The position numbers and the translations under genes are program-made. Source: a virus. From it: a DNA stretch of 64,000 bases. The DNA is taken from the IMG/VR virus record IMGVR_UViG_3300015245_000002, positions 19,745 through 83,744 of that record. The stretch is one strand, 5' to 3'. The notes beneath the pieces are model-generated. The model did not search any database. It was not told where the DNA came from and saw only the letters and a program-made list of their open reading frames with translations. Shown piece by piece: positions 54,908 to 63,820 of the stretch. How positions within the stretch are numbered: position 1 is the stretch's first letter; each line of letters opens with the position of its first letter.

Positions 54908-56875
54908 GTGTCGACGGCTACCGATCCGTCGCCTCGCCGATCGCCGCGCGCGGCGTATGCGGCGGCGGTGTTCACGGTACCTGCGGATCTCACCGTTCCG
55001 ACGCCGCAGGCAACGCGCGCGGTCTACCCGGATCGGGTGCCGGGCCTGCCGTCACTTGCGGCCTACATGCCCGCGGTGTTCTCGCCGCAGCATCAGATCA
55101 CTGCTCCGACGCCGCAGGCACTAAACGGGGTGTTTCCGAGTTCGCTGCCTGGGCGTCCATGGCGCGCGGCCTACATGCCTGCGGTGTTCTCGCCGCAGCA
55201 TTTTATTACGCCGGTCACACCACCGACTCCAGGATTCGGTCCGCAAGGCGTCGCGACGCTTGAGCTCGGGCTCGAGCCGGGCACCAAGATCACCTACTCG
55301 TGGCCAACCGCCATTTTCAAGAGCTACAACGGCAACGAGCAACGGATCTCGCTTGGCGCGATCCCAAGGATCAAGATCGAAGGCGTCGCGTTTCTGCACG
55401 ATACACAGAGCCGCGACGTCCGCTCGGCGCTGATGCGATACGCGGCCCAAGGCTCGGTATTCCTCCTCGGCATGTCCAACGAGGAGGTTCGCGTCGCGGT
55501 CGACAGCGTGAACACGACGATCACGTTGAACAGCACGAGGAACGTGGACTGGCTCCAGGTGGGCCAGCGCGCGCTCGTGGTTGCGGGGGACGATACGTCC
55601 GTGAGCGTGGTGATCCAGTCCGTGTCGTCGCCGACGACCGTCGAGATCGCCACGTTCAATTCCTCGGGGTCGCCGACGTTTGGCGTCCTCGGTAGCATTG
55701 GCCTCGCCGGGGCGCGCTTCATGCCGCTTCTACAGGTCGTGCTCGAACCGCAGCAAGGGTTCGCGCGCTACCCCGTGGGCGCCGACCTCTGGTCGATCAA
55801 TGCCACGGCCAGCTCGTATGGTTGGGCAGGGACCGACAGCATGGGCATCGGCACGACAGTCACGACGTATTACAGTGGGCCCAATGTCGCGATCGCCAAC
55901 GTGACCGAGAACGATCTTGTCATCTGGGATCGCGGAAACGATGTCGAAGACACTGCGAGCGAGTCCATGCTGGCGCTGACCGAGCTCGTTGATCTGGGCG
56001 CGATCCCGTTCACGGCGGGTGCTGCGGTAAGCCCGGATTGGATGCGCACGATCAAATTTGCCTCAAGCGGCGTCGATGACTGGCAGTGGGCCAAGGGGAT
56101 CTTGCGCCATTGCCGCGGCGCCCAGGTCGCGTTTGCGTTGCCCAGTGGTCGCGCGGATCTGATCTACCTCGGCGTGGCGCCACCCAGCGTGACCCCGGGC
56201 GGGATCATGGTCGCGAGCGGCGCGGTCGCCGGCGGAAACGACTACCAGGCATGGTTCGCCTCCGGGCTCTACACACGGCTCGCGCTGACTCTTTCGACCG
56301 GCTCGATGCAGTACGTCACCGTGCGATCCGTGGTCGACGACAATGCCGGGACGCTCACGCTCACACTTGACCAGTCACTCGATGGCGTAGTGACCAAGGT
56401 TGCGTTCCTCGAACAGGTCAGGCTGGAGAGCGGCGACGTTGAGACGACCTGGGACAGCGGCCAGTTCGCGATCGAGATGCAGGCACGGGTGAGCCGCGAA
56501 GTGCTGACGCTGCAGCGCGGTGTCCTGTTCGACAAGATCATCTCGATTTTCAATCCGAACACCTTCCCGCTGCCCCCGGATGACCAGACCTTCGGGGGTG
56601 CGCTGGGTCAGAACACGTTGATCAACTGGAGCGGCGATCGTGGCTGCAATCTCTGCGGGATCACGAACAGCTCCGGGATCTACGCCAACGGGCTGGTCGT
56701 GTGCGTGGTCAACGTCGGGAACACCTCGCAGACGTTCATCACGTCGCCTGAAAACACAGGGTTCCCGGCGTTCGTGCGCCTGCAGGGCAAGCTCCACGTC
56801 GATACCGGGATCGCGATCTGGTACCGCTATGATGCGTTCATCCAGCGTTGGGTTCAGTTCGCCTGCACGGGTTGA
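54908..56875 (+). CDS. Distal tail / tail-tip structural protein with N-terminal repeats and C-terminal accessory domain
   Basis: W.T.I.KS.NG.EQRI.L...PR and RGAQVAF.LPS motifs; precedes DUF2163 gene. Confidence 0.75.
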   Translation: MSTATDPSPRRSPRAAYAAAVFTVPADLTVPTPQATRAVYPDRVPGLPSLAAYMPAVFSPQHQITAPTPQALNGVFPSSLPGRPWRAAYMPAVFSPQHFITPVTPPTPGFGPQGVATLELGLEPGTKITYSWPTAIFKSYNGNEQRISLGAIPRIKIEGVAFLHDTQSRDVRSALMRYAAQGSVFLLGMSNEEVRVAVDSVNTTITLNSTRNVDWLQVGQRALVVAGDDTSVSVVIQSVSSPTTVEIATFNSSGSPTFGVLGSIGLAGARFMPLLQVVLEPQQGFARYPVGADLWSINATASSYGWAGTDSMGIGTTVTTYYSGPNVAIANVTENDLVIWDRGNDVEDTASESMLALTELVDLGAIPFTAGAAVSPDWMRTIKFASSGVDDWQWAKGILRHCRGAQVAFALPSGRADLIYLGVAPPSVTPGGIMVASGAVAGGNDYQAWFASGLYTRLALTLSTGSMQYVTVRSVVDDNAGTLTLTLDQSLDGVVTKVAFLEQVRLESGDVETTWDSGQFAIEMQARVSREVLTLQRGVLFDKIISIFNPNTFPLPPDDQTFGGALGQNTLINWSGDRGCNLCGITNSSGIYANGLVVCVVNVGNTSQTFITSPENTGFPAFVRLQGKLHVDTGIAIWYRYDAFIQRWVQFACTG

Positions 56876-56915
56876 GTTTTCGCCCCGGGGCCGCGCGGTC
56901 GCTGACGATGGCTGT

Positions 56916-57269
56916 ATGGGGCTACCCCTATTCGGCACGGTCATCGACTACAGCGTCGCGAGTAACAACTCGGAGATCGTGCTCGCGCTGGGCACGGTCA
57001 CGTTCGTCAACCTGACCAGCAGCAGCGATTTTCTCAACGTCATCGGGATCCAGAACACCGGCGGCAACGTCGACGGATTTCTGGTTTGCTTCGTCAACAA
57101 GGGTCCGTTCGGGATCGTTTTCTTACACAACTCGTCGCTCGAGTCCACGGTCGGGAATCGTCTCCTGAATTTCAGCCTCGCGAGCAAGCTGATCGCGAGC
57201 GCGACGTCAGCGGCGTGGCGTTACGACGGCGGCACGAACCGCTGGCATCACCTCTGGAGCTCGTTCTGA
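56916..57269 (+). CDS. Stand-alone paralog of the upstream gene's C-terminal domain
   Basis: ATG 56916 set by TCGCCCC-17-GACGAT-6; shares ALG..T..N, GI.N..G, VC.VN.G, RYD....RW. Confidence 0.7.
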   Translation: MGLPLFGTVIDYSVASNNSEIVLALGTVTFVNLTSSSDFLNVIGIQNTGGNVDGFLVCFVNKGPFGIVFLHNSSLESTVGNRLLNFSLASKLIASATSAAWRYDGGTNRWHHLWSSF

Positions 57270-57270
57270 T

Positions 57271-58152
57271 ATGGCGACGACATTTGACGAAGACGAGCGC
57301 TCGACGAGCCAGAGTCGTCCGATTGATCTCTTCACGATCATGACGCCCACGACCGGGACGTACCGGATCACGTCACACGAGACCGATGTCTCCTATGGTG
57401 GGTTCACGTACACCGCCACCACCGCGAGTCGCGGCAATTTCGCGCTGCAACCGGACAGCTCACAGAACGAGCTCATCGTCTACCTGCCGATCTCGCATCC
57501 GTTCGTCCAACGCTTCGCCAGCGGGATCCCGGAGATGGGCGTAACGATCACGCTGGTTCGGATGCAGTCGCTGAGCGCCCAGGCCGGTCAGTTGTGGACC
57601 GGATACGCGCAGTCGCTGAGTGTTGACGGTCATGTCGCGATGATCCGCGTGCCAGGCCTGACCGCGGATGCGTTCAAGACACAGTTACCGACGGTCGGGG
57701 CTCATACCACGTGCAACCATCGGCTGTTCGACGGGCGCTGTGCACCGAATCCCGGCGGGGAGTGGCCGACGGGGCTGGGGGCAGGGAGTGGCGGTCCGGA
57801 TTTTGCGGCGTTTCAAATTTCGAGCTCGATTGCGTCGGTATCAGCTGACGGCAAGACGATCACACTGTCATCAATTGGCGATAATCAGGATAGATGGGCG
57901 CAGTACGGAAGGATCATTCTCAGCAACGGAGATGCACGTTATATTGTTAATCAGATCGGAACTACGATTACGATTACGAAACCGTTCTACTCGATAACTA
58001 CTGGCGTAGTGATTGAGTCTGGATGCGATCATTCTATCTTTGCCTGCAATGCTAAGTTCAACAACATCTACAATTTTGGCGGTCATGCGCGGATGACCTC
58101 AGAGTCCGATCCGTGGCATCCGGGCGGACTCGGAATCGTGGTTCAGGTCTGA
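57271..58152 (+). CDS. Tail hub protein (DUF2163 / BR0599 family)
   Basis: E.S....RPI.LF, C.H.LFD..C, GCDH....C..KFNN..NFGG. Confidence 0.9.
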   Translation: MATTFDEDERSTSQSRPIDLFTIMTPTTGTYRITSHETDVSYGGFTYTATTASRGNFALQPDSSQNELIVYLPISHPFVQRFASGIPEMGVTITLVRMQSLSAQAGQLWTGYAQSLSVDGHVAMIRVPGLTADAFKTQLPTVGAHTTCNHRLFDGRCAPNPGGEWPTGLGAGSGGPDFAAFQISSSIASVSADGKTITLSSIGDNQDRWAQYGRIILSNGDARYIVNQIGTTITITKPFYSITTGVVIESGCDHSIFACNAKFNNIYNFGGHARMTSESDPWHPGGLGIVVQV

Positions 58153-58153
58153 A

Positions 58154-59815
58154 ATGTGGGGCCTAATCATCGAAGCCGCGATTCTGACTGGCTCATATAT
58201 CTATCATCGTTGGTTCGAGGATCAGCCGGCGGTGTTGCGCTGGCAACCAATGGTGCTGCCTCGCACCGCGGAGGGCACACCGCTGCCGCTCGTTTATGGC
58301 AGTTGTCGAGTCCGAAATCCGGTGATGGTCTGGTCGGGCAACAACATCACTCCGGGGGATGCATATCATCCGTTTGATCCCGGAGTCGGAGACGGCGGAG
58401 TAAATCCGCAAAATCCAATCGCGGACCATTTCAGTGTCGATATGATCTTCGTGCTGGGGATTCCTCCATATTCTCCGCCGAATACCCAATTTTCAGCTGG
58501 TGCTGCGTTTGTCGGACTGTGGTACGGAGATTCCAGAGTACTAAATCTATTCACAGATAAAACTGATGGCCTCGGTGGGCAGATTGGATCCGAACTGACT
58601 AGGTTCTATGCTGGTCGTTTGTTTTTCCCGGGAGAGATCGGACAGGATCTGACTCCGCTTCAACGCGATGAGTTCAACATCGCCGGCATGTTCTATTCCG
58701 GAGACACCGCCGGAAAGTTCCCCCTCGATGCAACCGACATCCAGCCGTTCTTCATCTTCTTTGATCGTGGCGGTCTCGGTCAGATCCTCGCAACGTACCC
58801 GGACCGCGTTTACTATTCGACCAATGCTGGCGCCGGTAATTGCTCCGCCTTGACTGCGCTCACACAGGCCGGCGACGCCAACAAGATGGGCGCAATACGC
58901 AATCAGGTCGGTGTGTACCTGCACGTCGGACTTGGCCAATCGTCATCGATTAGCGGATTCTCATTCGAGATCTATGCGACGACAAACTTTACGGCCTCTG
59001 ACCTCGGCATCGCAGACTGGCGCTCGCCGACAGGTATCCACATCGATATGCGCTCCGAATGTGATCCTGCTGCAGTGCTCTACGATATTCTCACGAGCTC
59101 GTGGGGCAAGCTTGGGATCGGGACGACACGCATCGATATCGCCAGTTTTCAGTCCGCGAGCCAGACACTGTTCGACGAGTTTAATGGCTACTCGAGGTGC
59201 ATCGACCAGGGGACCGACGCATCACAAATCATTCAAGAGCTGCTCCAGCAGATGGATGCTGTGCTCTATGAGGAACCGTCGTCTGGTAAGTTGACGCTCA
59301 AACTGATCCGGTTCGATTACAATTCGGCGTTGCTTGATGATGTGAACCCAGGCAACGCAACGCCGGAGGGCTCCGGATGGTATTCAGTGCAGTCGTGGGC
59401 CGAGGTGACGAATCAGGTTAAGATCACCTGGACGAACCGCAGCCTATCCTATCAGGACGCGATAGTCACCGCGCAGGATTCGGTCGTTGCAATCAATAAC
59501 GGTGGCCGGATTCGCACTGCGTCGCTGTCGTTTCCTGGTGTCTGCACCTCGACGTCGGCAACGCGAATTGCAGCCCGCGAACTCAATGCGATAAGCCAGC
59601 CGATGGTCAAGGCAACGGTCAAGGTCAGCCGAGCATTTTACCAGCACCGCCCCGGAGATGTTGTCACGTTCACGTGGCCGGATCTGGGGATCAACAAAAT
59701 GGTCATGCGAATCGCCGGGGTTGACTTCGGCCAACTTCATGATCCGTCGATTACGATGCAACTAATGCGGGACGTGTTCGACGTGCAGGGCGGTGCCTTC
59801 CCCTACAATCGATGA
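58154..59815 (+). CDS. Tail tip protein (tip attachment protein J-like / Phage-tail_3)
   Basis: PRT.EG.P.P.VYG..RV..P..VW.G; DPA...Y.ILT..WG.LG, N.V...W.NR, A.R.A.REL, PGDV....WP. Confidence 0.88.
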   Translation: MWGLIIEAAILTGSYIYHRWFEDQPAVLRWQPMVLPRTAEGTPLPLVYGSCRVRNPVMVWSGNNITPGDAYHPFDPGVGDGGVNPQNPIADHFSVDMIFVLGIPPYSPPNTQFSAGAAFVGLWYGDSRVLNLFTDKTDGLGGQIGSELTRFYAGRLFFPGEIGQDLTPLQRDEFNIAGMFYSGDTAGKFPLDATDIQPFFIFFDRGGLGQILATYPDRVYYSTNAGAGNCSALTALTQAGDANKMGAIRNQVGVYLHVGLGQSSSISGFSFEIYATTNFTASDLGIADWRSPTGIHIDMRSECDPAAVLYDILTSSWGKLGIGTTRIDIASFQSASQTLFDEFNGYSRCIDQGTDASQIIQELLQQMDAVLYEEPSSGKLTLKLIRFDYNSALLDDVNPGNATPEGSGWYSVQSWAEVTNQVKITWTNRSLSYQDAIVTAQDSVVAINNGGRIRTASLSFPGVCTSTSATRIAARELNAISQPMVKATVKVSRAFYQHRPGDVVTFTWPDLGINKMVMRIAGVDFGQLHDPSITMQLMRDVFDVQGGAFPYNR

Positions 59816-59851
59816 ATCGACCCCCGCCCGCCGCCGAGCGAACCTCATCCG

Positions 59852-60715
59852 GTGAGCTACCCCGGCGCGCAACACTCGGCATCGCGATGGACCGCGACCG
59901 TGTACTCGATTGCGGCCAGTACGCGGCCGGCGGTCGGCATGGGCACGAGTACCACGCCGGGGAACAACACGTACGGGACCGCCGTCACACTGATCAGCGG
60001 TGCGAACCTGACCTTCGACTGCTGCGAGTTGGTGGTCTGCGTCAACAATGCCGCGATTTCGGCTACGGCGCGCGACACCGTTGCCGCGCTGCTCGTTGAT
60101 CCAGCTGGCGGAGCGTCGTTTACCTCGATCGCGGATCTGGTCTGCGGTCCATGCTCTGGATACGTCACCGCGAACGTCGGTTTTGGCGGCACGATATTCC
60201 GCCTCCCGCTTTGGATCAAAGCCGGAACGAGCATCGGCATCGCCACGGCGGTGAACTCAGCCACGGTCACCGCGCTCAATGCGTTCTGTCGCGTCAATGG
60301 CCAGCCGAGCGATCCGCGGACCGCGCCGTTCATCGGTACCTATATCGACCAGTTCGGCGTGTCGCTGGCGACTAGCGCCGGCACGACCGTCACGCCGGGC
60401 ACGACCACCGATGGCGCCTACGCGCTCATCGGTACGACAACGCGCCCCCTGTACGCGCTCGAGTTCGGCTACGGCATCAACGATGCGACCATGACCGCTG
60501 CGGTTTGCGATGTCGACATCGCCGCAGGGGACGGCACCACGAACACCGTGATCATTCCGAGGTGGCCGGTGGCGACGAGCGCCATCGAGGCGGTCTCGAA
60601 GTTCCCGGCCCTGGCCTACACCTCGATCGCTGCCAATGTGGGGCTCTACGCGCGGGCGCAGTGCTCGAATACGCCTGACAGCGCAAACTCGGTTGCAATC
60701 TACGGAGTTGGGTGA
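59852..60715 (+). CDS. Putative tail accessory / receptor-binding protein
   Basis: Two internally similar beta-rich halves (TPG....G....I.; L.I.AG..I / IAA...LYARAQC). Confidence 0.6.
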   Translation: MSYPGAQHSASRWTATVYSIAASTRPAVGMGTSTTPGNNTYGTAVTLISGANLTFDCCELVVCVNNAAISATARDTVAALLVDPAGGASFTSIADLVCGPCSGYVTANVGFGGTIFRLPLWIKAGTSIGIATAVNSATVTALNAFCRVNGQPSDPRTAPFIGTYIDQFGVSLATSAGTTVTPGTTTDGAYALIGTTTRPLYALEFGYGINDATMTAAVCDVDIAAGDGTTNTVIIPRWPVATSAIEAVSKFPALAYTSIAANVGLYARAQCSNTPDSANSVAIYGVG

Positions 60716-60718
60716 ACC

Positions 60719-61849
60719 ATGGCTGTTCCGTTTACCCCGACGACAGGTAGCGCGAGTGCCGGCGCGAGCGAGATCTCGTTGATCAGTGGGACGACGTCGT
60801 TACAGGCGTCAACCACGGCTGGTGATGTCGAGATCTGGATCGATCTGTCCAACATGGTGGTGGGTGACCAGTACCAGGTTCGCCTCGTCGAGAAGGTGAA
60901 CGGGGGCACGGCTGCCAACGCGTTCATCTCCTTCCCCAAGGATGTCCAGGTCGGGCTGTACCGGGTCGGTCCGTTGCGCGTAAGCGAGGGGTGGGATCCG
61001 CGTCTGAAACTGACGAGCGGTAGCGCGCGTACCGTCAACTGGTCGATCCGCCAGTACGTCGGCGATGTCAACGCGCTCACGCTCGGCTCGGGCGCGGTGA
61101 CCGCGACGGCGATCGCCAGTTCGGCCATCACGAGCGCGAAGTTCGCGACCGATGCGCTCGATTCGAATGCGCTTGCGGCCAGTGCTGTCACAGAGATCCA
61201 GACCGGACTCGCGACGTCAACGGCGCTCGCCAGTGTGCAGACCGACACGACGACGCTCACAGGGCGCCTGACGAGCACTAGGGCCGGACTGCTGGATAAT
61301 CTCGACGCGACAGTCTCCAGTCGAGCGGCATCGGCCACGGCGCTGTCAACCGCCACATGGACGAATGCCCGTGCAGCCGAGATCGACAACCTCGACGCAG
61401 CGGTGACCACGCGCGCGCCGGCCAGCACCGCGCTTAGCACCGCCACGTGGACCAACACGCTCGCCGCGCTGATCACTTCCATGCTCGATGTCGCGGTCAG
61501 TACTCGGGCATCGGCTGCGGCGCTCGCTGCGGTCGCTGCGCAGTTACCGGCCACGCTCGACGGTAGCGGGAATATCAAGGCCGGGGTGCAGTCGATCGTG
61601 GGTGCAGCTGCGACGACGATCGCCGACACGGTGATGAACTACGCGATCGAATCCGGCTGGACCAACGCGGCAACGTTCATCACACAGGCGCGCGTCATGT
61701 TCGGCATCATCGTGAATAAGGCGAGCGGCCTGGCTATCACGACCGGAAGTACCGAGCACTTTCGCAACGCGGCAGACACCAAGGATCGCGCTGTTTACGC
61801 AGTCGCCACCGATGGCACGCGTACCCCGACCACCGTGGACGGGACCTGA
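60719..61849 (+). CDS. Putative tail fibre / virion protein with LDxxVxxRA repeats
   Basis: Three LD(A/V)(T/A)V(S/T)(S/T)RA repeats, C-terminal FR....TKDR.......G.RT. Confidence 0.65.
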   Translation: MAVPFTPTTGSASAGASEISLISGTTSLQASTTAGDVEIWIDLSNMVVGDQYQVRLVEKVNGGTAANAFISFPKDVQVGLYRVGPLRVSEGWDPRLKLTSGSARTVNWSIRQYVGDVNALTLGSGAVTATAIASSAITSAKFATDALDSNALAASAVTEIQTGLATSTALASVQTDTTTLTGRLTSTRAGLLDNLDATVSSRAASATALSTATWTNARAAEIDNLDAAVTTRAPASTALSTATWTNTLAALITSMLDVAVSTRASAAALAAVAAQLPATLDGSGNIKAGVQSIVGAAATTIADTVMNYAIESGWTNAATFITQARVMFGIIVNKASGLAITTGSTEHFRNAADTKDRAVYAVATDGTRTPTTVDGT

Positions 61850-62049
61850 TGCATCTGGGGCAACATTTCGGGCAGCATGTGGGCCAGCACTTCGGTGCGA
61901 TCGGCGGGCCGATCGTCCTCGCGCCGACGCTACCGATCTGCGTGCACGTCACCTCGCTGTCCACGCTCTGCGCCGTCTCCGCAGGCATGAGCGTGCAGAT
62001 AATCGACAACAGCATCCACGCGACGATCGTGCGAGGCCCCTGTGACTGA
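61849..62049 (+). CDS. Small protein with GQH repeats
   Basis: MHLGQHFGQHVGQHFG; TGATG coupling. Confidence 0.55.
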   Translation: MHLGQHFGQHVGQHFGAIGGPIVLAPTLPICVHVTSLSTLCAVSAGMSVQIIDNSIHATIVRGPCD

Positions 62050-62362
62050 TTCGATCACATTCCAGATTCGCCAAGGGGATTTGCTGCCAGCGATCACGGT
62101 GCAAGTCTTCAACGTGATCGGCGCGGTTGATCTCACTGCGTTCAGTGGTGGAATCACGTTCCGCATGGTCAAGGGTACGACAGTGATCACGGGCGCTGCG
62201 AGCGGTACCTCGGGTGGGCTCGCCACGTATCAGTGGCAGAACGGCAACACGGACATCGCCGGGATCTATGCCGCAGTGTTTGTCGGCATCGACGGTGGTG
62301 GTAGGCACGAGACGTTTCCGACCGCGCAGAACCTGTCCGTAGTGATCGTCGCGGCGATTTAG
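62042..62362 (+). CDS. BppU N-terminal-like baseplate/fibre adaptor domain
   Basis: F.I.QGDL.P.I, VDLT, G...Y.W..G.T..AG.Y...F.......ETFP. Confidence 0.78.
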   Translation: MTDSITFQIRQGDLLPAITVQVFNVIGAVDLTAFSGGITFRMVKGTTVITGAASGTSGGLATYQWQNGNTDIAGIYAAVFVGIDGGGRHETFPTAQNLSVVIVAAI

Positions 62363-62395
62363 ACCCCCTCGGCCTGGTCGGGTGAGCCTGCTTAC

Positions 62396-63820
62396 GTGAA
62401 CCGAATACTCTGTGTGCTGGTCGTCCTCGGTGCCTGCGGTGACAACCTCACCGAGCCGATCACCGGGGAATGGGTGGACTACGGTGCCGCAGCGAGCGGT
62501 CCGCCGCACGCGCAGGACGTGACCGCTGTGATCTGCGACGGCACGACCGATACTCGAGCGGCCGTTCAGGCCGCAATCAACGCCGGTGGACTCGTCCAGC
62601 TACTCCCAGGTGGCGTCTGCGCTATCGCCGCGCCGAGCGCGGGCGCTGTCGCCGATCTCGTGCTGCCGCTGTGTCCTGTCGGCGAGACGTGCACGCTGGA
62701 CTGCGCCGGCAGCACGCTGCTCCAGGCGCCTGGCCAACCCCCGAGCGCGCGGCTCATCGATGTGTCCGGCGCCGGATGGACGATCCGCAACTGTGTGCTC
62801 GACGGCAATGCCGCGGCGCAGCCCCTGTGCGCGCTGACCAAAAACGGCGTCACGTCGCAGGTGCCATGTGAGCACCGGGCCGGCGTGTTCGGGCGCGCGC
62901 CGGTGACGATCGAGTTCGTCACGTCGCACAACTCGTCCGGGGACGGTTTCTCGCTGTACACCGGAACCGGCTACGTGCTGGATCACGTCACGGCGATCGG
63001 CAACCTGCGAGATGGTTTCAGCTGCGTCGGCAACGCTGGCGGGATCGCGATCACGAACTCCACGTTCACGGGTAACACGGCACAGCAGGTCGACCTCGAG
63101 CCGGCCACCTGCAACGATGTGACGTTGCGCGACTCGCTGCTCGACGGCGCCGGGGCGTCGAGCGACTATGTCCTGGCCATCGCGCACGGCGATCGCTTCG
63201 TCGCTGACCACAACGTCATCAATGGGCCGATCGACATCGTCCACTCGCACGGCGTTGTGCTCGAGCGCAACATCGGCACGAACACAACCACGAGTTCGAA
63301 CGTCCTCGTTTATGAGGACAGCGACGCACGGCTGACCGACAACACGTTCACTGCGACCGTGGCCAGGAGCGTGGTGCAGGTCACCGGGATCAGCGTTGCT
63401 GGCGCTCAGCCGTCGGCGACGCTGATCGGTAACACGCTGACGAGCAACGGCACCGCCGCCCTGGTCTATGCCCAGGGCGCGGGCACGATCACGTTGACCG
63501 GCAACACGCTGAACTGCACCACCGCGGGCCTCGCGGTCATGGCTCGGTCCTCGCTCCCGACGTTTTCATTCCAGCGTGTCGAGATGCGCGACAACGCGAT
63601 CGCGGGCTGTGCGCGGGCAATCGCGGTGAGCGGAATCGGCGGGACGGCGACGGTCGGCCAGTTGATCATGAGCGGCAACAGCGCAGGTACCGCGACGTCA
63701 ATCGCGGACGATGGTACCGGCGCGCTGCAGTTCGCGTTGGTCGATGCGCCAATCCTGAGGTGGCCGGTAGGCGCCGTCCTGACGGCCACGACGGCCGGAA
63801 CGATGATGACGCGGCCGTGA
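62396..63820 (+). CDS. Right-handed beta-helix (pectin-lyase-like) protein with lipoprotein signal
   Basis: VLVVLGAC lipobox; DG.TD..AAVQAAINAGG.V.L.PG motif, DGN, GDG, N.RDG, I.N.TF..N stacks. Confidence 0.8.
   Translation: MNRILCVLVVLGACGDNLTEPITGEWVDYGAAASGPPHAQDVTAVICDGTTDTRAAVQAAINAGGLVQLLPGGVCAIAAPSAGAVADLVLPLCPVGETCTLDCAGSTLLQAPGQPPSARLIDVSGAGWTIRNCVLDGNAAAQPLCALTKNGVTSQVPCEHRAGVFGRAPVTIEFVTSHNSSGDGFSLYTGTGYVLDHVTAIGNLRDGFSCVGNAGGIAITNSTFTGNTAQQVDLEPATCNDVTLRDSLLDGAGASSDYVLAIAHGDRFVADHNVINGPIDIVHSHGVVLERNIGTNTTTSSNVLVYEDSDARLTDNTFTATVARSVVQVTGISVAGAQPSATLIGNTLTSNGTAALVYAQGAGTITLTGNTLNCTTAGLAVMARSSLPTFSFQRVEMRDNAIAGCARAIAVSGIGGTATVGQLIMSGNSAGTATSIADDGTGALQFALVDAPILRWPVGAVLTATTAGTMMTRP

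Noticed and set aside
54940-57269. Diversity-generating retroelement (template/variable repeat)
   Set aside because: No reverse transcriptase in the window; repeats are in-frame protein repeats without adenine-specific differences.
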